Shown here piece after piece: positions 9,431 through 17,319 of a stretch of DNA of 64,000 nucleotides. The notes beneath the pieces are model-generated. The model saw nothing but the letters and a program-made list of their open reading frames with translations, was not told the DNA's origin and searched no databases. This DNA is from Muribaculaceae bacterium (GTDB lineage: Bacteria; Bacteroidota; Bacteroidia; Bacteroidales; Muribaculaceae): positions 12,342 through 76,341 of the forward strand of contig JAFTFA010000190.1 in assembly GCA_017449785.1 (NCBI GenBank), in the 5' to 3' direction. The position numbers and the translations under genes are program-made. Within the stretch, counting starts at the first letter, position 1. Each line of letters starts with the position of its first letter.

Positions 9431-10313
9431 CTTTCTTGCCCGGCTTCTCGTCGGCAAAGCGGTCAGGATACTCCAGCGGCACCCGCGGGCGGCGCATTGC
9501 CCTGACAATGAGCCAGATGCCCAGCACGATGAACGGGATGCTCAACAACTGTCCCTGGTCGAGCCCGATGCTGGCTCGCATGGCAATTTCCCACGACTCC
9601 TGCACGTTCTTGATATACTCGATGAAGAAGCGCGGCACAAAGATGCCCAGCATGAACACGCCGAAGATCAACCCCTCGCGCTCCTGGCAGCGCCAGCGCC
9701 AGTACATGAGCAGGCACACAGCAAAGGTCAACAGGTAGCATGCGGCCTCATAGATCTGCGTCGGGTGGCTCGGAGCCGAGAAAACCGGCTCGGCACCCTG
9801 CATCCACTGGCCCACGTTGGTCACAAAGCGGAATCCCCACGGAAGTGTGGTCTCGCTGCCGTAGATCTCGTGGTTCATCAGGTTGCCGATGCGGATGAGC
9901 GCCGCCACCAGGCCCACGGGCACTACCAGGCGGTCCAGCGTCCACAGCATGGGCTTGCGGGTCACCAGGCGGCTGTATAGCCAGATGGCCAGCAAGATGC
10001 CCAGCGTGCCGCCATGGCTCGCCAGGCCGCCCTCCCAGATCTTGGGAATCTCGCCCAGGTGCTGGCTGTAGTACTCCCAGTCATAGAAGAAGACGTGACC
10101 CAATCTGGCACCCAGGATGGTCGCCACGACCACATAGATGAACAGGCTGCCCACCCAACTCTCGCGAGCGCCCTCGTGACGGAAGATGCGGTAAACGATC
10201 TCATAGCCCACCAGGAAGCCGATGGCAAACATCAGGCCGTACCAGCGCACGGTCATTGAGCCGAAGGAAAACAGATTGGGACTCGCGGTCCACGTGATTG
10301 TATCGAGTATCAT
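9420..10313 (-). CDS. lgt: Prolipoprotein diacylglyceryl transferase
   Basis: VRWYGLMFAIGFLVGY, GGLASHGGTLGILLA and HPTQIYEA motifs. Polytopic membrane protein of 297 aa. Confidence 0.9.
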   Translation of the reverse strand: MILDTITWTASPNLFSFGSMTVRWYGLMFAIGFLVGYEIVYRIFRHEGARESWVGSLFIYVVVATILGARLGHVFFYDWEYYSQHLGEIPKIWEGGLASHGGTLGILLAIWLYSRLVTRKPMLWTLDRLVVPVGLVAALIRIGNLMNHEIYGSETTLPWGFRFVTNVGQWMQGAEPVFSAPSHPTQIYEAACYLLTFAVCLLMYWRWRCQEREGLIFGVFMLGIFVPRFFIEYIKNVQESWEIAMRASIGLDQGQLLSIPFIVLGIWLIVRAMRRPRVPLEYPDRFADEKPGKKASR

Positions 10314-10348
10314 TGCGTTGTTGAGTGTATTCGGTTGATTTGGATGGG

Positions 10349-10356
10349 CAAAGGTA
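10349..10356 (-). promoter_or_regulatory. -7 promoter box (TAnnTTTG on the minus strand) for lgt
   Basis: CAAAGGTA on the plus strand, 36 nt upstream of the lgt start at 10313. Confidence 0.5.
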
Positions 10357-10387
10357 GCAAGAATTTTCCAATCACGTGAAAAAATAG

Positions 10388-10395
10388 TACCTTTG
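10388..10395 (+). promoter_or_regulatory. -7 promoter box for obg
   Basis: TACCTTTG, 20 nt upstream of the ATG at 10415. Confidence 0.5.
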
Positions 10396-10414
10396 TGGCA
10401 AAAATCACATCATT

Positions 10415-11638
10415 ATGGCAGAGAGCAATTTTATCGACTATGTGAAAATCCTGTGCCGCAGCGGCAAGGGCGGCGCCGGTTCGGCTCACCTGCACCGTGC
10501 CAAGTACGTCCCCAAGGGCGGTCCCGACGGCGGTGACGGCGGCCGTGGCGGCCACATCTTCCTCAAGGGAAACCGCAACCTGTGGACGCTCATCCACTTG
10601 AAGTATCAGCGCCACGTCTTTGCCACCGACGGCCAGTCGGGCGGCGAGAACCAGATGTCAGGCAAGGACGGGCAGGACCGCACCATCGAGGTGCCCTGTG
10701 GGACGGCGGTCTATGATGCCGAGACGGGACAGTTCCTGTGTGACGTGACCGAGGACGGCCAGATCGTGCGCTTGCTGCGCGGCGGCCGCGGCGGGCTGGG
10801 CAACCAGCACTTCAAGACGGCCACGCGTCAGACGCCCCGCTTTGCCCAGCCCGGCGAGCAGGGTATCGAGAAGGCCGTCATCCTCGAGTTGAAGCTCCTG
10901 GCCGACGTCGGCCTCGTGGGCTTCCCCAATGCCGGCAAATCCACGCTGTTGAGCGTCATCAGCGCCGCCAAGCCCAAGATCGCCAACTACCCCTTCACGA
11001 CGCTGGAGCCCAATCTGGGCATCGTCTCCTACCGCGGACAGCAGTCGTTTGTCATGGCCGACATCCCTGGCATCATCGAGGGTGCCAGCGAGGGACGCGG
11101 CCTGGGGCTGCGTTTCCTGCGTCACATCGAGCGCAATGCAGTGCTGCTCTTCATGGTGCCTGCTGATAGCGACGACATCCGCCGCGAGTATGGCATCCTG
11201 TGCCGCGAGCTGGAGACCTTCAACCCCGACCTGGTCGAGAAACCCCGCGTGCTGGCCATCACCAAGTGTGACATGCTGGACGACGAGCTCATCGAGCAGA
11301 TGCGCCCTGAGGTGCCCGACGATGTCCCCACGGTATTCATCTCGAGCGTCGCCCAGATGGGACTCACCGAGCTCAAGGACCTGCTGTGGCGCACCATCAA
11401 TGACGAGCGCAACCGCATCCCCGAGACACCCACCCACCACGACCTGGACCAGCGTCACCGCGAGCAGGCCGAGGACGACTTCATCTTCGGGGCCGAGGAT
11501 ATCGAGGACGAGACCCCCGATGCCGGCGGCAAGATGGTGGACTCTGGCAGCAAGCAGTGGAGCGAGGAGTATTGGGAGAGCGACTACGAGGACGAGAACA
11601 AGGACTTCCAGGTCGTCAGCGACCCCGACGACGAGTAA
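10415..11638 (+). CDS. obg: GTPase Obg/CgtA
   Basis: N-terminal [46 protein letters not shown]1 motif GFPNAGKST. Acidic C-terminal tail. Confidence 0.95.
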   Translation: MAESNFIDYVKILCRSGKGGAGSAHLHRAKYVPKGGPDGGDGGRGGHIFLKGNRNLWTLIHLKYQRHVFATDGQSGGENQMSGKDGQDRTIEVPCGTAVYDAETGQFLCDVTEDGQIVRLLRGGRGGLGNQHFKTATRQTPRFAQPGEQGIEKAVILELKLLADVGLVGFPNAGKSTLLSVISAAKPKIANYPFTTLEPNLGIVSYRGQQSFVMADIPGIIEGASEGRGLGLRFLRHIERNAVLLFMVPADSDDIRREYGILCRELETFNPDLVEKPRVLAITKCDMLDDELIEQMRPEVPDDVPTVFISSVAQMGLTELKDLLWRTINDERNRIPETPTHHDLDQRHREQAEDDFIFGAEDIEDETPDAGGKMVDSGSKQWSEEYWESDYEDENKDFQVVSDPDDE

Positions 11639-11658
11639 CAACCACCCCCACCAATGAG

Positions 11659-11814
11659 CCTCACGCTAAGCCGCTAAGCCGCCAAGTTTTTTTTCTGATT
11701 GCTCGCAAGGGGCTCGCAATCGTTGTCGCGCCGTTGAGACGACAAAACATAATTGCGAGCCCCTTGCGAGCAATAAACTTATTAAACTTCGCGGCTTAGC
11801 GGCTTAGCGTGAGG
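11659..11814. repeat. Nested palindromic element (REP/BIME-like), 156 bp
   Basis: Perfect 24-bp outer inverted repeat: CCTCACGCTAAGCCGCTAAGCCGC (11659-11682) against GCGGCTTAGCGGCTTAGCGTGAGG (11791-11814). Perfect 23-bp inner inverted repeat: ATTGCTCGCAAGGGGCTCGCAAT (11698-11720) against ATTGCGAGCCCCTTGCGAGCAAT (11752-11774). Innermost TTGTCG/CGACAA stem. Confidence 0.9.
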
Positions 11815-11820
11815 TAAGAG

Positions 11821-11948
11821 ATTGCGGATGCCGTTGTTTAAGTTGTTTGAGTTGTTTTTTAAAAAAACGCTACAATCCGGATGGCATAGTCCTTCTTGTC
11901 TTTTTTGTCTTCTATAAAAAACTTAGCGGCTTAGCGGCTTAGCGTGAT
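11821..11948. repeat. Composite of dispersed repeat modules
   Basis: Contains three modules. One is a third copy of the lgt-spacer unit (GTTGTTTAAGTTGTTTGAGTTGTTTTTTAAAAAAACGCTACAATCCGGATGGCAT). One is TCCTTCTTGTCTTTTTTGTCTTC, the reverse complement of a module at 59389-59411. The last is CTTAGCGG x3. Confidence 0.7.
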
Positions 11949-11985
11949 TTTCTGTCGAGGGAGTGAGTTTCTGTCGAGGGCTTGG

Positions 11986-12642
11986 CTAGAGGGTGCCTTG
12001 CTCGATGCGGACGCAGATGCGCTCGACCATGGCGTCCTGCTTGTCCTTGTTGGGGTGATAGCCGGCCTTGAGGCTGGCACCGAAGAATTTGCTGAAGGTC
12101 TGCCAGAAACCCGCCCTGAAGGTGCCCAGGAAGGCCTTCAAGATGCTGTAGCTGCTCTGGTTGGTCTCCCGGTTGATGAGCTTGATGAGCATCTTGCCCT
12201 GGCTCTTGGTCATCTTCTTCATCTGTGGCTTGTATTGCTCAAAGAGCTCCTTCTCAAACCGCTTGAGGTAGGCCTGCTTCTGCTTCTGGTTCTGGTAGGT
12301 GTCGATGTACTCATAGGTCTCGAGCAGCGTGGAGCTGATGAGCTTGGCATAGGGCAGCGTCTTCTTGACGTCGCGCACGGTCTTCCAGTAGTATTTCTCC
12401 TCGGCCTTGTTGCGGAACCGCTCGCGCGGATAGATGGTGATGGGATTGAAGACGATCATGGCCAGCGTGTCGCCCGTCGAGGGCTCGATGAAGTGGTAGT
12501 AGCCGGCAAAGGTCTTCTGCAACGCCGAGGGTAACTCCACGTTGTCGATGGCATGGTCCATGGCGGGAGCGGCGTGCGTCATAGTGCACGTTAACGCCGT
12601 CATGGTCACGGCAATAGCCAATATGAGGAAAAGACGTTTCAT
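11986..12642 (-). CDS. DUF4294-like secreted protein
   Basis: Signal peptide MKRLFLILAIAVTMTAL. Basic-rich conserved body (YYWKTVRDVKKTLPYAKL...MLIKLINRETNQSSY). The ATG at 12642 is preferred because a -7 box lies inside the longer ORF. Confidence 0.7.
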   Translation of the reverse strand: MKRLFLILAIAVTMTALTCTMTHAAPAMDHAIDNVELPSALQKTFAGYYHFIEPSTGDTLAMIVFNPITIYPRERFRNKAEEKYYWKTVRDVKKTLPYAKLISSTLLETYEYIDTYQNQKQKQAYLKRFEKELFEQYKPQMKKMTKSQGKMLIKLINRETNQSSYSILKAFLGTFRAGFWQTFSKFFGASLKAGYHPNKDKQDAMVERICVRIEQGTL

Positions 12643-12652
12643 TTCTTGGCGG

Positions 12653-12660
12653 CAAAAGTA
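12653..12660 (-). promoter_or_regulatory. -7 promoter box (minus strand)
   Basis: CAAAAGTA on the plus strand, 11 nt upstream of the ATG at 12642. Confidence 0.45.
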
Positions 12661-12721
12661 GAACAAAGAAATGAATCCCAGCAAGTTTTGTGTGTTAAAT
12701 AGTCTTTAGCCGTCGATGGGG

Positions 12722-13444
12722 TCACTTCATGAGGCGGAGCAGGCCGGCATAGGTGACCGTGGCGCCGATGCAAGTGCCCTTGACCTGGGGATTGAGGTGG
12801 CTGTAGCGGGCATAGGTGACAAAGGGGCTGATGCGCAGCGATGACGTGTAATGGGCCAGGTCGTCACCGGCGGGGTTGTCCACCAGCTTGCCATGCAGCT
12901 TGATGTCGATGTCCACGCTGGCCATCCACGACAGGCTGCTCTCGTGGGTGCCGGTCACCTTCTCGATCACGGGATGCTCCTCGCCCTCGTCGTCTGCCTC
13001 ATACTTGATGTGGTTCAGGTTCCACGACAGGCGGTTCCAGCTCATGCCCACCAGGGGCGTCACCGACACCCTACCCTGCCGCCACACCGTGTAGCCCACT
13101 TGCAGGCCCACGCCCAGCATGGTGGGGTTGGACGTGGCATTGCGTTGCAGCAGGCGGCCCGTGTCGTCGAATACGGCATAGGGGTTCTCGTTCTTGAACG
13201 AGGGCTGACCATAGGCGACGTCGGCCTTGAGCCTCAACCGGTTGTACTCGGCATTGAGGCCGCCGGTGAACAGGGCGCAGCCCTTGAGGTCGTCGGTGAG
13301 CGATCCCGTGGGCAGCAAGCCGCCCGCGCCCACCTGGAAGCCGAAGGCCCATCCGCCACGCGCCGTCTCGTTGTCATGGGCGTGCAGTGCGGCGGCCGGA
13401 GCCATCGCCAGTATTGCTAGTAGAATCCAAATTATCTGTTTCAT
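12722..13444 (-). CDS. Putative outer-membrane beta-barrel protein
   Basis: Signal peptide MKQIIWILLAILAMAPAAALHA. Alternating hydrophobic/aromatic strands (WAFGFQVGAGG, LKADVAYGQ, GVGLQVGYTV). Confidence 0.6.
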   Translation of the reverse strand: MKQIIWILLAILAMAPAAALHAHDNETARGGWAFGFQVGAGGLLPTGSLTDDLKGCALFTGGLNAEYNRLRLKADVAYGQPSFKNENPYAVFDDTGRLLQRNATSNPTMLGVGLQVGYTVWRQGRVSVTPLVGMSWNRLSWNLNHIKYEADDEGEEHPVIEKVTGTHESSLSWMASVDIDIKLHGKLVDNPAGDDLAHYTSSLRISPFVTYARYSHLNPQVKGTCIGATVTYAGLLRLMK

Positions 13445-13724
13445 CGTGTATCTGCTACTTTAGGAAACATCCATAAATTAGCTTGAAGTGGATTTTGATT
13501 TTTTTTGAGTAGATTTTGGCTTAACTCTGTAGGAGCATAGCAAACTATGGTCCAAGAAGATAAGTCAAAATATGCCAAAAAGAAATAAAATACAGTCAAC
13601 TTAAAACATCAACATTTCGGTAATTTATAGATGTCCCCTTTACTAGTTATAACGGGCAAAAAGACAATAAATTGTTTTCCGACATCATTCGGTAGCCGGC
13701 CCGGCGATAATCAACGGCCACCAA

Positions 13725-14096
13725 CTACCACCATAGGCTACGGTAATACTTGTGGTAGAGCGACAACCCCTCGCTGATGGGCTTGAGCGACGCCTTGGCA
13801 TCATGCTTGAGGTGGGCCAGGTCCTCCTCGTTGTTCCAGATGGCCTTGATGTAGGCCTTGTACTCGGGCGTGTCCTCCTCGGTCTGGCTCGCGATGCGGT
13901 CAAAGGCGTATATCATCTTGTCCAGTATATCGTTCCACTCCTCATGACTCATGTTGAAGTTGGGCGTGCGATCACAATGCTGCTTGAAAGCTATCAGCCG
14001 GGGCAGAATAAAACAGGCAATGGTGATGTCAAGGTCATACAGTTCCTCGACACTAATCTTCTGTGCAATGGCTTGGGGGTTGTACTTTTTTTTCAT
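13725..14096 (-). CDS. Hypothetical protein (123 aa), no family recognised
   Basis: Single clean ORF in an otherwise AT-rich spacer. No signal peptide. Ends ...YHKYYRSLWW. Confidence 0.5.
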   Translation of the reverse strand: MKKKYNPQAIAQKISVEELYDLDITIACFILPRLIAFKQHCDRTPNFNMSHEEWNDILDKMIYAFDRIASQTEEDTPEYKAYIKAIWNNEEDLAHLKHDAKASLKPISEGLSLYHKYYRSLWW

Positions 14097-14350
14097 AATC
14101 GTGTAAAGATGTTTTTAAATCATTATGGGTTTTGAACAAGCAATATTACTCAAAAATCCCGATTCAACAAAATTTTATTAAAAATAATTGCAAAAATACT
14201 CATTTTTAACTAATAATAACCTATTTTTTCTCAAACACAGGCTTCCTGTCACCCTGTTACCAGCCAGCCGCAGCTATGCCAGAAGCGGCACGAGAGTTAA
14301 TCAGAATTCATCTCAAGCCCATTTATCGATGTCCCTTGAAAACTTTTTAT

Positions 14351-14358
14351 TACCTTTG
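14351..14358 (+). promoter_or_regulatory. -7 promoter box
   Basis: TACCTTTG, 9 nt upstream of the ATG at 14367. Confidence 0.45.
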
Positions 14359-14366
14359 CCATCACT

Positions 14367-14693
14367 ATGACAATACAAGAAGCCCAAGCACGCGTGGACG
14401 CGTGGATCAAGCAGTATGGCGTGCGCTACTTCAGCGAACTGACCAACATGGCCGTCCTCACCGAGGAAGTCGGCGAGGTGGCACGGGTGATTGCCCGCCG
14501 CTATGGCGACCAGTCGAGCAAACCGGGCGACGACCTGGACCTGGCCGATGAGCTGGCCGACGTGCTGTGGGTGGTCATGTGCCTGGCCAACCAGACGGGC
14601 ATCGACCTGGATGCCGCCCTGGAGCGCAACTTTGACAAGAAGACGAGCCGCGACAGCCACCGGCACCTCGACAACAAGAAACTGCAACGTTAA
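14367..14693 (+). CDS. MazG-like nucleotide pyrophosphohydrolase
   Basis: LTEEVGEVARVIAR ... ELADVLWVVMCLANQTGIDLDAALERNFDKK is the typical MazG EExxE/helix pattern. 108 aa. Confidence 0.8.
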   Translation: MTIQEAQARVDAWIKQYGVRYFSELTNMAVLTEEVGEVARVIARRYGDQSSKPGDDLDLADELADVLWVVMCLANQTGIDLDAALERNFDKKTSRDSHRHLDNKKLQR

Positions 14694-14733
14694 TCACCAT
14701 AAACAACAATAATATACATTAAAGAAAACGACT

Positions 14734-15687
14734 ATGAGCAATCACGAACATGAACACTGCGGCTGCGGCTGCGAGCATCACGATCACAAGCATGATCACA
14801 AGCCCATGGACAAGTACATGACCGCCATCGACCAGAGCAACGTCCCCACCGATGACGCTGCCATCAGTGCTGCCGTGCAGGAAATCATCGACAAGCATGC
14901 TGCCGAGAACAACACCCCCGAGGTGCAGCAGTTCCTGCTCAACTGCGTGGATCTGACCACGCTGGCCACCGACGACAGCGAGCGCAGCGTGGCACAATTT
15001 GTACAGCGGGTCAATGACTTCGAGACCAACTATCCGCAGTACAAGAATGTGGCCGCCATCTGTGTCTACAGCAACTTTGCCTCGGTCGTGCGCGGCACCC
15101 TCGAGGTGAGCGGCGTTGACGTGGCCGTGTGCAGCGCCAGCTTCCCCGCCAGCCAGGCCCACATCGAGACCAAGATTGCCGAGACCGCTCTGGCCATTGC
15201 CGACGGTGCCGACGAGGTGGACATCGTGCTCAACGTGGGCTACTTCAGGGATGAGGCCTATGAGGAACTGTGCGACGAGATCAGCGAGATCAAGCAAGTC
15301 GTGGGTGATCGTCCCTTGAAGGTCATCCTGGAGACCGGCCTGCTCAAGAGTGCCGAGGCCATCCGCCGCGCCAGCATCCTGTCGATGTACTCGGGCTGCG
15401 ACTTCATCAAGACCTCGACGGGCAAGGTTTATCCCGGCGCGTCGCTCGAGGCGGCCTATGTCATGTGCCAGTGCATCAAGGAGTACTTCATCCAGCACGG
15501 CCGCATGGTGGGCTTCAAGGCATCAGGCGGCATCCGCACGACCGAGGACGCCGTCAAGTACTACACCATCGTCAAGGAAGTCCTGGGCGAGCAGTGGCTG
15601 GACAACCGCTACTTCCGCATCGGCGCCTCCAGCCTGGCCAACTCGTTGTTCCAGTCCTTCACCGGCACCGACGAGAAGCCCTTCTAA
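14734..15687 (+). CDS. deoC: Deoxyribose-phosphate aldolase with a His/Cys-rich N-terminal tail
   Basis: DLTTLATDD, VDIVLNVG, KVILETGLL, the Schiff-base region IKTSTGK, and GFKASGGIRT. Confidence 0.9.
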   Translation: MSNHEHEHCGCGCEHHDHKHDHKPMDKYMTAIDQSNVPTDDAAISAAVQEIIDKHAAENNTPEVQQFLLNCVDLTTLATDDSERSVAQFVQRVNDFETNYPQYKNVAAICVYSNFASVVRGTLEVSGVDVAVCSASFPASQAHIETKIAETALAIADGADEVDIVLNVGYFRDEAYEELCDEISEIKQVVGDRPLKVILETGLLKSAEAIRRASILSMYSGCDFIKTSTGKVYPGASLEAAYVMCQCIKEYFIQHGRMVGFKASGGIRTTEDAVKYYTIVKEVLGEQWLDNRYFRIGASSLANSLFQSFTGTDEKPF

Positions 15688-15749
15688 TCCTCGGTTTAAC
15701 GCGAGTTCGACAATATGATTGATTGTCAATCAGTGCGTTAGCAACTCAG

Positions 15750-15852
15750 GCTGTGTCATCATTCTGTTGCTGGCTTTTAATCGGCCTAGCGGCCGAGAAA
15801 TTAAAATTAAAATAAAAAATTTTTTTGTTTAATTTCTCGGCAGTTAGGCCGA
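15750..15852. repeat. Dispersed hairpin element, copy 1 (terminator-like, 3' of deoC)
   Basis: ATCGGCCTAGCGGCCGAGAAATTAAA ... TTTAATTTCTCGGCAGTTAGGCCGAT forms an inverted repeat of about 26 bp around an A/T loop. The leader CATCATTCTGT is shared with the copy at 48636. Confidence 0.75.
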
Positions 15853-15979
15853 TGTATAAAACCGCGTTGAGTTTTGCAACAGCCACTTGAGTATCAGCAC
15901 TTTATTTTCGTCAAACTCACGTTGCTTTAGATTCTCATTTTTATTCTTCTTGTCTTTAACAACGCTTTCCTTTGCAGGC

Positions 15980-17293
15980 ATGAAAGAGGGCATGAATCGG
16001 GAGATATTGAAGATTGCGATGCCGGCCATTGTGGCCAACATCACGGTGCCGCTGCTGGGACTGGTGGACACGGCCATCGCCGGGCACCTGGGTGACAAGA
16101 TATTCATCGGTGCCGTGGCGGTGGGCGCGATGATGTTCAATCTGGTGTACTGGAACTTCGGGTTCCTGCGCATGAGCACGTCGGGCATGACGGCACAGAC
16201 CTACGGCAGCGGCGACTTCAAGGAGAGCGCCAAGCTGCTGGGGGAATCCACCGCCCTGGCCCTGCTCATCTCGACCGTCATCATCGTGCTGCAATGGCCC
16301 ATCAGGCTGCTATTGCTGTGGATCATCGGCCCCTCGCCCGATGTCACGTCGCTGGCCATCACCTACTTTACCATCTGCATCTGGGGTGTGCCCCCGGTGC
16401 TGGTGATGATGGCCTTCAAGGGGTGGCTGCTGGGGATGCAGGACTCACAGAGCGCGATGTGGATCTCGATCATGACCAACGTGTTCAACATCGCGGCGAG
16501 CCTCCTGTGCGTCTATGTCTTGAAGATGGGCTTTGTGGGCATCGCCGTGGGCACGCTGGCGGGCGAGTGGCTCGGCCTGCTGTATGCCGCCTTGACGGTG
16601 CAGCGCAAGTTCCCGCACCTTAACGGCGTGCTCGACTGGCGCCGCGTGTGGCGCTTCAAGGGGGCCGGACGCTACTTCAAGGTGAGCCGCGACATCTTCG
16701 TGCGCAGTTTCCTGTTGATGACCGTCAGCCTGGCCTTTGTCTCCATCGGAGCCCGCAGCGGTGATCTCATCCTTGCCGTCAATGCCCTGATATTGCAACT
16801 GTTTACCCTGTACAGCCACTTCATGGACGGCATCGCCTTTGCCGGCGAGGCCGTCGTGGGCAAGTACTACGGCATGGGCGACATGGCCCGCATGAGGCGC
16901 TGCATCAGGCTGTTGTTCCTGTGGGGCGCGGGTGTCGCCGCCGTGTTCACGTTGATTTATTCGTTCCCGAGGATCGCCTTCTGGCTGCTGACCGACCAGC
17001 AGGGCGTCATCGAGGCCGCGATGGACTATCGCGTGTGGTGCGCACTGATTCCCGCAGCCGGCATGGCCGCGTTTGTGTGGGACGGCGTGTTCATCAGCCT
17101 GACGCGGTCGATGGGGATGCTCATCAGCGCCTCGATCGCGTGGTCGCTGTTCTTTGTCATCTACTGGATCACGCCCGCGGCGTGGGGCAACAACCGCCTG
17201 TGGATTGCCTACCTGAGCTTCCTGGCCCTGCGCGGCATCATCCAGACGATTCTCTACGGCGGCTACCTCAAGCGCGGCGTGCTCGAGCCGTGA
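15980..17293 (+). CDS. MATE-family efflux transporter
   Basis: REILKIAMPAIVANITVPLLGLVDTAIAGHLG is the N-terminal MATE signature. About 12 TM segments. The ATG at 15980 is preferred over the ORF-track start. Confidence 0.9.
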   Translation: MKEGMNREILKIAMPAIVANITVPLLGLVDTAIAGHLGDKIFIGAVAVGAMMFNLVYWNFGFLRMSTSGMTAQTYGSGDFKESAKLLGESTALALLISTVIIVLQWPIRLLLLWIIGPSPDVTSLAITYFTICIWGVPPVLVMMAFKGWLLGMQDSQSAMWISIMTNVFNIAASLLCVYVLKMGFVGIAVGTLAGEWLGLLYAALTVQRKFPHLNGVLDWRRVWRFKGAGRYFKVSRDIFVRSFLLMTVSLAFVSIGARSGDLILAVNALILQLFTLYSHFMDGIAFAGEAVVGKYYGMGDMARMRRCIRLLFLWGAGVAAVFTLIYSFPRIAFWLLTDQQGVIEAAMDYRVWCALIPAAGMAAFVWDGVFISLTRSMGMLISASIAWSLFFVIYWITPAAWGNNRLWIAYLSFLALRGIIQTILYGGYLKRGVLEP

Positions 17294-17319
17294 GACGGCG
17301 GCAGCAGCCGCCGGGCTTG

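Noticed and set aside
9311-9980. ORFs 9311-9505 and 9384-9980 on the plus strand
   Set aside because: The first is generated by the tandem repeat (repeated MASSCINLSAR). The second is antisense to lgt. Neither has motifs.
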